From NCBI RefSeq assembly GCF_009914755.1, contig NC_060938.1: DNA of 64,000 nucleotides, one strand, 5' to 3'. Of the stretch, positions 53,401 to 64,000 are shown piece by piece (position 1 is the first letter of the stretch; each line of letters begins with the position of its first letter). A program made the translations under genes and the position numbers. The stretch comes from the human T2T-CHM13v2.0 reference genome, Homo sapiens. Under the pieces are notes generated by a model. It made no database searches. It was not told where the DNA came from and was given only the letters and a program-made list of their open reading frames with translations.

Positions 53401-56400
53401 CAAAAGAAAGATCCACCTCTGTTAGCTGAGTTCACACATCACAAACAAGTTTATGAGAATGCTTCTGTCTAGTTTTTATTTGAAGATATTTCCTTTCTCA
53501 CCATAGAGCTGAAAGCTGTCCTAATGTTCACTTCCAGATACTACAGAAAGAGTGTTTCAAAACTGCTGTACGAAAGGGAATGTTCAACTATGTGACTTGA
53601 ATGCACACATCACAAAGAAGTTTCTGAGGATGCTGCTGTCTACTTTTTATACGTAATCCCGTTTCCAACGAAATCCTCCAGGCTATCCAAATATCCACTT
53701 GCAGATTCCACAGAAAGACTGTTTCAAAACTGCTCTGTCAATAGAAAGGTTCAACTCTGTTAGCTGCGTGCATATATCCCAAAGAAGATTCTGAGATTGC
53801 TTCTGTCTAGTTTTTATGGGAAGATATTTCCCTTTTCACCGTAGGCGTCAAGGCGCTCCAAATGTCCACTTCCAGATACTACAAAAAGAGTGTTTCAAAC
53901 CTACTCTGTGAAAGGGAATATTCAACTCTGTGACTTGAATGCACATATCACAAAGAAGTTTCTGAGAATGCTTCTGTCGAGATTTTATATGAAGATATTC
54001 CCGTTTCCAACGAAATCCTGAAATGTATCCAAATATCCCCTCGCAGATTCTACAAAAAGAGTGTTTCAAAACTGCTCTGTGAAAAGAAAGGTTCAACTCT
54101 GTTAGTTGAGTACACACATCACAAACAAGTTTCACAGAATGCTTCTTTCTAGCTTGTAGGGGAAGATATTCCCTTTATCACCATGGGCCTCCAACCGTCC
54201 GAAACATCCACTTCCATATACTACAAAAAGAGCGTTTCAAACCTGCTCTATGAAAGGCAATGTTCAACTCTGTGACTTGAATGCAGACATCACAGAGCAG
54301 TTTCTGAGAATGCTTCTGTCTAGATTTTATAGGAAGATATTCCCGTTTCCAACGAAATCTTCACAGCTATCCAAATATCCACTTGCAGATTCTACAAAAA
54401 GAGTGTATCAAAACTGCTCTGTCAAAAGGAAGGTTCTTCTCTGTTAGGTTAGTGCATACGTCATAAAGGAGTTTCTGAGAATGTTTCTGTCTAGTGGTTA
54501 TGGGAAGATATTTGCTTTTTCACCGTAGGCCTCAGAGCGCTCCAAATATCCACTTGCACATACTACAAAAAGAGTGCTTCAAAGCTGCTCTCTGAAACGG
54601 AATGTTCAACTCTATGAGTTGAATGCAAACATCACAAAGACGTTTCTGAGAATGCTTCTGTCTAGATTTGATATGAAGATATTCCCGTTTCCAACGAAAT
54701 CTTCAAATCTATCCAAATGTCCACTTGCAGATTCAACAAAAAGGGTTTTTCACAACTGCTCTATCAAAAGAAAGATCCACCTCTGTTAGCTGAGTTCACA
54801 CATCACAAACAAGTTTATGAGAATGCTTCTGTCTAGTTTTTATTTGAAGATATTTCCTTTCTCACCATAGAGCTGAAAGCTGTCTTAATGTTCACTTCCA
54901 GATACTACAGAAAGAGTGTTTCAAAACTGCTGTACGAAAGGGAATGTTCAACTCTGTGACTTGAATGCACACATCACAAAGAAGTTTCTGAGGATGCTGC
55001 TGTCTACTTTTTATACGTAATCCCGTTTCCAACGAAATCCTCCAAGCTATCCAAATATCCACTTGCAGATTCCACAGAAAGACTGTTTCAAAACTGCTCT
55101 GTCAATAGAAAGGTTCAACTCTGTTAGCTGCATGCATATATCCCAAAGAAGATTCTGAGATTGCTTCTGTCTAGTTTTTATGGGAAGATATTTCCCTTTT
55201 CACCGTAGGCGTCAAGGCGCTCCAAATGTCCACTTCCAGATACTACAAAAAGAGTGTTTCAAACCTACTCTGTGAAAGGGAATATTCAACTCTGTGACTT
55301 GAATGCACATATCACAAGGAAGTTTCTGAGAATGCTTCTGTCGAGATTTTATATGAAGATATTCCCGTTTCCAACGAAATCCTGAAATCTATCCAAATAT
55401 CCCCTTGCAGATTCTACAAAAAGAGTGTTTCAAAACTGCTCTGTAAAAAGAAAAGTTCAACTCTGTTAGTTGAGTACACACATCACAAACAAGTTTCACA
55501 CAATGCTTCTTTCTAGCTTGTAGGGGAAGATATTCCCTTTATCACCATGGGCCTCAAACCGTCCGATAAGTCCACTTCCATATACTACAAAAAGAGCGTT
55601 TCAAACCTGCTCTATGAAAGGCAATGTTCAACTCTGTGACTTGAATGCAGACATCACAGAGCAGTTTCTGAGAATGCTTCTGTCTAGATTTTATAGGAAG
55701 ATATTCCCGTTTCCAACGAAATCTTCACAGCTATCCAAATATCCACTTGCAGATTCTACAAAAAGAGTGTATCAAAACTGCTCTGTCAAAAGGAAGGTTC
55801 TTTTCTGTTAGGTGAGTGCATACGTCATAAAGGAGTTTCTGAGAATGTTTCTGTCTAGTGGTTATGGGAAGATATTTGCTTTTTCACCGTAGGCCTCAGA
55901 GCGCTCCAAATATCCACTTGCACATACTACAAAAAGAGTGCCTCAAAGCTGCTCTCTGAAACGGAATGTTCAACTCTATGAGTTGAATGCAAACATCGCA
56001 AAGACGTTTCTGAGAATGCTTCTGTCTAGATTTGATATGAAGATATTCCCGTTTCCAACGAAATCTTCAAATCTATCCAAATGTCCACTTGCAGATTCAA
56101 CAAAAAGTGTTTTTCAGAACTGCTCTATCAAAAGAAAGATCCACCTCTGTTAGCTGAGTTCACACATCACAAACAAGTTTATGAGAATGCTTCTGTCTAG
56201 TTTTTATTTGAAGATATTTCCTTTCTCAACATAGAGCTGAAAGCTGTCCTAATGTTCACTTCCAGATACTACAGAAAGAGTGTTTCAAAACTGCTGTACG
56301 AAAGGGAATGTTCAACTCTGTGACTTGAATGCACACATCACAAAGAAGTTTCTGAGGATGCTGCTGTCTACTTTTTATACGTAATCCCGTTTCCAACGAA

Positions 56401-59400
56401 ATCCTCCAAGCTATCCAAATATCCACTTGCAGATTCCACAGAAAGACTGTTTCAAAACTGCTCTGTCAATAGAAAGGTTCAACTCTGTTAGCTGCGTGCA
56501 TATATCCCAAAGAAGATTCTGAGATTGCTTCTGTCTAGTTTTTATGGGAAGATATTTCCCTTTTCACCGTAGGTGTCAAGGCGCTCCAAATGTCCACTTC
56601 CAGATACTACAAAAAGAGTGTTTCAAACCTACTCTGTGAAAGGGAATATTCAACTCTGTGACTTGAATGCACATATCACAAAGAAGTTTCTGAGAATGCT
56701 TCTGTCGAGATTTTATATGAAGATATTCCCGTTTCCAACGAAATGCTGAAATCTATCCAAATATCCCCTCGCAGATTCTACAAAAAGAGTGTTTCAAAAC
56801 TGCTCTGTGAAAAGAAAGGTTCAACTCTGTTAGTTGAGTACACACATCACAAACAAGTTTCACAGAATGCTTCTTTCTAGCTTGTAGGGGAAGATATTCC
56901 CTTTATCACCATGGGCCTCCAACCGTCCGAAACATCCACTTCCATATACTACAAAAAGAGCGTTTCAAACCTGCTCTATGAAAGGCAATGTTCAACTCTG
57001 TGACTTGAATGCAGACATCACAGAGCAGTTTCTGAGAATGCTTCTGTCTAGATTTTATAGGAAGATATTCCCGTTTCCAACGAAATCTTCACAGCTATCC
57101 AAATATCCACTTGCAGATTCTACAAAAAGAGTGTATCAAAACTGCTCTGTCAAAAGGAAGGTTCTTCTCTGTTAGGTTAGTGCATACGTCATAAAGGAGT
57201 TTCTGAGAATGTTTCTGTCTAGTGGTTATGGGAAGATATTTGCTTTTTCACCGTAGGCCTCAGAGCGCTCCAAATATCCACTTGCACATACTACAAAAAG
57301 AGTGCTTCAAAGCTGCTCTCTGAAACGGAATGTTCAACTCTATGAGTTGAATGCAAACATCACAAAGACGTTTCTGAGAATGCTTCTGTCTAGATTTGAT
57401 ATGAAGATATTCCCGTTTCCAACGAAATCTTCAAATCTATCCAAATGTCCACTTGCAGATTCAACAAAAAGTGTTTTTCAGAACTGCTCTATCAAAAGAA
57501 AGATCCACCTCTGTTAGCTGAGTTCACACATCACAAACAAGTTTATGAGAATGCTTCTGTCTAGTTTTTATTTGAAGATATTTCCTTTCTCACCATAGAG
57601 CTGAAAGCTGTCCTAATGTTCACTTCCAGATACTACAGAAAGAGTGTTTCAAAACTGCTGTACGAAAGGGAATGTTCAACTCTGTGACTTGAATGCACAC
57701 ATCACAAAGAAGTTTCTGAGGATGCTGCTGTCTACTTTTTATACGTAATCCCGTTTCCAACGAAATCCTCCAAGCTATCCAAATATCCACTTGCAGATTC
57801 CACAGAAAGACTGTTTCAAAACTGCTCTGTCAATAGAAAGGTTCAACTCTGTTAGCTGCATGCATGTATCCCAAAGAAGATTCTGAGATTGCTTCTGTCT
57901 AGTTTTTATGGGAAGATATTTCCCTTTTCACCGTAGGCGTCAAGGCGCTCCAAATGTCCACTTCCAGATACTACAAAAAGAGTGTTTCAAACCTACTCTG
58001 TGAAAGGGAATATTCAACTCTGTGACTTGAATGCACATATCACAAGGAAGTTTCTGAGAATGCTTCTGTCGAGATTTTATATGAAGATATTCCCGTTTCC
58101 AACGAAATCCTGAAATGTATCCAAATATCCCCTTGCAGATTCTACAAAAAGAGTGTTTCAAAACTGCTCTGTAAAAAGAAAGGTTCAACTCTGTTAGTTG
58201 AGTACACACATCACAAACAAGTTTCACACAATGCTTCTTTCTAGCTTGTAGGGGAAGATATTCCCTTTATCACCATGGGCCTCAAACCGTCCGATAAGTC
58301 CACTTCCATATACTACAAAAAGAGCGTTTCAAACCTGCTCTATGAAAGGCAATGTTCAACTCTGTGACTTGAATGCAGACATCACAGAGCAGTTTCTGAG
58401 AATGCTTCTGTCTAGATTTTATAGGAAGATATTCCCGTTTCCAACGAAATCTTCACAGCTATCCAAATATCCACTTGCAGATTCTACAAAAAGAGTGTAT
58501 CAAAACTGCTCTGTGAAAAGGAAGGTTCTTTTCTGTTAGGTGAGTGCATACGTCATAAAGGAGTTTCTGAGAATGTTTCTGTCTAGTGGTTATGGGAAGA
58601 TATTTGCTTTTTCACCGTAGGCCTCAGAGCGCTCCAAATATCCACTTGCACATACTACAAAAAGAGTGCCTCAAAGCTGCTCTCTGAAACGGAATGTTCA
58701 ACTCTATGAGTTGAATGCAAACATCGCAAAGACGTTTCTGAGAATGCTTCTGTCTAGATTTGATATGAAGATATTCCCGTTTCCAACGAAATCTTCAAAT
58801 CTATCCAAATGTCCACTTGCAGATTCAACAAAAAGTGTTTTTCAGAACTGCTCTATCAAAAGAAAGATCCACCTCTGTTAGCTGAGTTCACACATCACAA
58901 ACAAGTTTATGAGAATGCTTCTGTCTAGTTTTTATTTGAAGATATTTCCTTTCTCACCATAGAGCTGAAAGCTGTCCTAATGTTCACTTCCAGATACTAC
59001 AGAAAGAGTGTTTCAAAACTGCTGTACGAAAGGGAATGTTCAACTATGTGACTTGAATGCACACATCACAAAGAAGTTTCTGAGGATGCTGCTGTCTACT
59101 TTTTATACGTAATCCCGTTTCCAACGAAATCCTCCAGGCTATCCAAATATCCACTTGCAGATTCCACAGAAAGACTGTTTCAAAACTGCTCTGTCAATAG
59201 AAAGGTTCAACTCTGTTAGCTGCGTGCATATATCCCAAAGAAGATTCTGAGATTGCTTCTGTCTAGTTTTTATGGGAAGATATTTCCCTTTTCACCGTAG
59301 GCGTCAAGGCGCTCCAAATGTCCACTTCCAGATACTACAAAAAGAGTGTTTCAAACCTACTCTGTGAAAGGGAATATTCAACTCTGTGACTTGAATGCAC

Positions 59401-62400
59401 ATATCACAAAGAAGTTTCTGAGAATGCTTCTGTCGAGATTTTATATGAAGATATTCCCGTTTCCAACGAAATGCTGAAATCTATCCAAATATCCCCTCGC
59501 AGATTCTACAAAAAGAGTGTTTCAAAACTGCTCTGTGAAAAGAAAGGTTCAACTCTGTTAGTTGAGTACACACATCACAAACAAGTTTCACAGAATGCTT
59601 CTTTCTAGCTTGTAGGGGAAGATATTCCCTTTATCACCATGGGCCTCCAACCGTCCGAAACATCCACTTCCATATACTACAAAAAGAGCGTTTCAAACCT
59701 GCTCTATGAAAGGCAATGTTCAACTCTGTGACTTGAATGCAGACATCACAGAGCAGTTTCTGAGAATGCTTCTGTCTAGATTTTATAGGAAGATATTCCC
59801 GTTTCCAACGAAATCTTCACAGCTATCCAAATATCCACTTGCAGATTCTACAAAAAGAGTGTATCAAAACTGCTCTGTCAAAAGGAAGGTTCTTCTCTGT
59901 TAGGTGAGTGCATACGTCATAAAGGAGTTTCTGAGAATGTTTCTGTCTAGTGGTTATGGGAAGATATTTGCTTTTTCACCGTAGGCCTCAGAGCGCTCCA
60001 AATATCCACTTGCACATACTACAAAAAGAGTGCTTCAAAGCTGCTCTCTGAAACGGAATGTTCAACTCTATGAGTTGAATGCAAACATCACAAAGACGTT
60101 TCTGAGAATGCTTCTGTCTAGATTTGATATGAAGATATTCCCGTTTCCAACGAAATCTTCAAATCTATCCAAATGTCCACTTGCAGATTCAACAAAAAGT
60201 GTTTTTCAGAACTGCTCTATCAAAAGAAAGATCCACCTCTGTTAGCTGAGTTCACACATCACAAACAAGTTTATGAGAATGCTTCTGTCTAGTTTTTATT
60301 TGAAGATATTTCCTTTCTCACCATAGAGCTGAAAGCTGTCCTAATGTTCACTTCCAGATACTACAGAAAGAGTGTTTCAAAACTGCTGTACGAAAGGGAA
60401 TGTTCAACTCTGTGACTTGAATGCACACATCACAAAGAAGTTTCTGAGGATGCTGCTGTCTACTTTTTATACGTAATCCCGTTTCCAACGAAATCCTCCA
60501 GGCTATCCAAATATCCACTTGCAGATTCCACAGAAAGACTGTTTCAAAACTGCTCTGTCAATAGAAAGGTTCAACTCTGTTAGCTGCGTGCATATATCCC
60601 AAAGAAGATTCTGAGATTGCTTCTGTCTAGTTTTTATGGGAAGATATTTCCCTTTTCACCGTAGGCGTCAAGGCGCTCCAAATGTCCACTTCCAGATACT
60701 ACAAAAAGAGTGTTTCAAACCTACTCTGTGAAAAGGAATATTCAACTCTGTGACTTGAATGCACATATCACAAGGAAGTTTCTGAGAATGCTTCTGTCGA
60801 GATTTTATATGAAGATATTCCCGTTTCCAACGAAATCCTGAAATCTATCCAAATATCCCCTTGCAGATTCTACAAAAAGAGTGTTTCAAAACTGCTCTGT
60901 AAAAAGAAAGGTTCAACTCTGTTAGTTGAGTACACACATCACAAACAAGTTTCACACAATGCTTCTTTCTAGCTTGTAGGGGAAGATATTCCCTTTATCA
61001 CCATGGGCCTCCAACCGTCCGATAAGTCCACTTCCATATACTACAAAAAGAGCGTTTCAAACCTGCTCTATGAAAGGCAATGTTCAACTCTGTGACTTGA
61101 ATGCAGACATCACAGAGCAGTTTCTGAGAATGCTTCTGTCTAGATTTTATAGGAAGATATTCCCGTTTCCAATGAAATCTTCACAGCTATCCAAATATCC
61201 ACTTGCAGATTCTACAAAAAGAGTGTATCAAAACTGCTCTGTCAAAAGGAAGGTTCTTTTCTGTTAGGTGAGTGCATACGTCATAAAGGAGTTTCTGAGA
61301 ATGTTTCTGTCTAGTGGTTATGGGAAGATATTTGCTTTTTCACCGTAGGCCTCAGAGCGCTCCAAATATCCACTTGCACATACTACAAAAAGAGTGCCTC
61401 AAAGCTGCTCTCTGAAACGGAATGTTCAACTCTATGAGTTGAATGCAAACATCGCAAAGACGTTTCTGAGAATGCTTCTGTCTAGATTTGATATGAAGAT
61501 ATTCCCGTTTCCAACGAAATCTTCAAATCTATCCAAATGTCCACTTGCAGATTCAACAAAAAGTGTTTTTCAGAACTGCTCTATCAAAAGAAAGATCCAC
61601 CTCTGTTAGCTGAGTTCACACATCACAAACAAGTTTATGAGAATGCTTCTGTCTAGTTTTTATTTGAAGATATTTCCTTTCTCACCATAGAGCTGAAAGC
61701 TGTCCTAATGTTCACTTCCAGATACTACAGAAAGAGTGTTTCAAAACTGCTGTACGAAAGGGAATGTTCAACTATGTGACTTGAATGCACACATCACAAA
61801 GAAGTTTCTGAGGATGCTGCTGTCTACTTTTTATACGTAATCCCGTTTCCAACGAAATCCTCCAGGCTATCCAAATATCCACTTGCAGATTCCACAGAAA
61901 GACTGTTTCAAAACTGCTCTGTCAATAGAAAGGTTCAACTCTGTTAGCTGCGTGCATATATCCCAAAGAAGATTCTGAGATTGCTTCTGTCTAGTTTTTA
62001 TGGGAAGATATTTCCCTTTTCACCGTAGGCGTCAAGGCGCTCCAAATGTCCACTTCCAGATACTACAAAAAGAGTGTTTCAAACCTACTCTGTGAAAGGG
62101 AATATTCAACTCTGTGACTTGAATGCACATATCACAAAGAAGTTTCTGAGAATGCTTCTGTCGAGATTTTATATGAAGATATTCCCGTTTCCAACGAAAT
62201 CCTGAAATGTATCCAAATATCCCCTCGCAGATTCTACAAAAAGAGTGTTTCAAAACTGCTCTGTGAAAAGAAAGGTTCAACTCTGTTAGTTGAGTACACA
62301 CATCACAAACAAGTTTCACAGAATGCTTCTTTCTAGCTTGTAGGGGAAGATATTCCCTTTATCACCATGGGCCTCCAACCGTCCGAAACATCCACTTCCA

Positions 62401-64000
62401 TATACTACAAAAAGAGCGTTTCAAACCTGCTCTATGAAAGGCAATGTTCAACTCTGTGACTTGAATGCAGACATCACAGAGCAGTTTCTGAGAATGCTTC
62501 TGTCTAGATTTTATAGGAAGATATTCCCGTTTCCAACGAAATCTTCACAGCTATCCAAATATCCACTTGCAGATTCTACAAAAAGAGTGTATCAAAACTG
62601 CTCTGTCAAAAGGAAGGTTCTTCTCTGTTAGGTTAGTGCATACGTCATAAAGGAGTTTCTGAGAATGTTTCTGTCTAGTGGTTATGGGAAGATATTTGCT
62701 TTTTCACCGTAGGCCTCAGAGCGCTCCAAATATCCACTTGCACATACTACAAAAAGAGTGCTTCAAAGCTGCTCTCTGAAACGGAATGTTCAACTCTATG
62801 AGTTGAATGCAAACATCACAAAGACGTTTCTGAGAATGCTTCTGTCTAGATTTGATATGAAGATATTCCCGTTTCCAACGAAATCTTCAAATCTATCCAA
62901 ATGTCCACTTGCAGATTCAACAAAAAGTGTTTTTCACAACTGCTCTATCAAAAGAAAGATCCACCTCTGTTAGCTGAGTTCACACATCACAAACAAGTTT
63001 ATGAGAATGCTTCTGTCTAGTTTTTATTTGAAGATATTTCCTTTCTCACCATAGAGCTGAAAGCTGTCCTAATGTTCACTTCCAGATACTACAGAAAGAG
63101 TGTTTCAAAACTGCTGTACGAAAGGGAATGTTCAACTCTGTGACTTGAATGCACACATCACAAAGAAGTTTCTGAGGATGCTGCTGTCTACTTTTTATAC
63201 GTAATCCCGTTTCCAACGAAATCCTCCAAGCTATCCAAATATCCACTTGCAGATTCCACAGAAAGACTGTTTCAAAACTGCTCTGTCAATAGAAAGGTTC
63301 AACTCTGTTAGCTGCATGCATATATCCCAAAGAAGATTCTGAGATTGCTTCTGTCTAGTTTTTATGGGAAGATATTTCCCTTTTCACCGTAGGCGTCAAG
63401 GCGCTCCAAATGTCCACTTCCAGATACTACAAAAAGAGTGTTTCAAACCTACTCTGTGAAAGGGAATATTCAACTCTGTGACTTGAATGCACATATCACA
63501 AGGAAGTTTCTGAGAATGCTTCTGTCGAGATTTTATATGAAGATATTCCCGTTTCCAACGAAATCCTGAAATCTATCCAAATATCCCCTTGCAGATTCTA
63601 CAAAAAGAGTGTTTCAAAACTGCTCTGTAAAAAGAAAAGTTCAACTCTGTTAGTTGAGTACACACATCACAAACAAGTTTCACACAATGCTTCTTTCTAG
63701 CTTGTAGGGGAAGATATTCCCTTTATCACCATGGGCCTCAAACCGTCCGATAAGTCCACTTCCATATACTACAAAAAGAGCGTTTCAAACCTGCTCTATG
63801 AAAGGCAATGTTCAACTCTGTGACTTGAATGCAGACATCACAGAGCAGTTTCTGAGAATGCTTCTGTCTAGATTTTATAGGAAGATATTCCCGTTTCCAA
63901 CGAAATCTTCACAGCTATCCAAATATCCACTTGCAGATTCTACAAAAAGAGTGTATCAAAACTGCTCTGTCAAAAGGAAGGTTCTTTTCTGTTAGGTGAG
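50466..64000. repeat. Duplication with a 6-HOR offset (8184 bp), U38-U41 versus U44-U47
   Basis: Shared variants: aactatgtg plus caggct (U38/U44, U40/U46), gtgaaaagg plus ctccaaccgtccgataag (U39/U45), aatgtatcc plus ggttag (U40/U46), ttcacaac plus aagaaaagtt (U41/U47). Confidence 0.78.
61161..61177 (-). other. CENP-B box with core CpG transition (TTCG>TTCA on the minus strand)
   Basis: Plus strand TCCCGTTTCCAATGAAA; C>T at 61173 (seen as FPMK in the ORF track). Confidence 0.88.

Larger units (their letters stand above)
1..64000 (-). repeat. Centromeric alpha-satellite HOR array, 8-mer, 1364 bp unit, about 47 tandem copies, running off both window ends
   Basis: Seen: near-identical sequence recurs every 1364 bp (ORF-track starts 17, 1381, 2745, ... 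62758), with an internal period of about 171 bp carrying typical alphoid motifs (gttcaactctgtga, gtttctgagaatgcttctgtctag, ccacttgcagattc, aaaagagtgtttcaaaactgctct). Established: these motifs and the CENP-B box define primate alpha satellite. Strand is given as minus because the CENP-B box consensus reads on the reverse complement. Confidence 0.99.

Noticed and set aside
1-64000. Hidden insertion, inversion, L1/Alu element or truncated HOR
   Set aside because: Unit spacing is 1364 bp throughout (1363 bp three times) and all boxes keep the same orientation, leaving no room for foreign or inverted sequence.
1-64000. A previously undescribed gene-based biological system
   Set aside because: Nothing in the window departs from alpha-satellite sequence. 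The only higher-level information is the pattern of HOR variants, which known tandem-array turnover processes can explain.

Overview
The whole 64 kb window is one uninterrupted, head-to-tail primate (most likely human) centromeric alpha-satellite higher-order repeat (HOR) array. The HOR unit is 1364 bp, made of eight monomers (7 x 171 bp + 1 x 167 bp), and occurs about 47 times: 46 full copies plus a partial last copy, with three copies at 1363 bp. CENP-B-box monomers alternate strictly with pJ-alpha (A-box) monomers, and the boxes read canonically on the minus strand. Unit size and sequence best fit the suprachromosomal family 2 8-mer of human chromosomes 14/22 (D14Z9/D22Z1). That assignment is from recall, not from a search. 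I see no genes, RNA genes, mobile elements, inversions or CRISPR arrays; every ORF in the track is a by-product of the repeat. I did not find a new gene-based biological system. The interesting structure is in the copy-to-copy variants: two interleaved HOR haplotypes, nested multi-HOR duplications (periods of 2, 4, 6 and 8 HORs), three variant-defined domains, a strict A/B alternation (an effective 16-mer) in the last 15 kb, and four CENP-B boxes with core mutations. Variants were read by eye, so some may be missed. Unit numbering: U1 starts at position 1; 'offset' means position within a unit.
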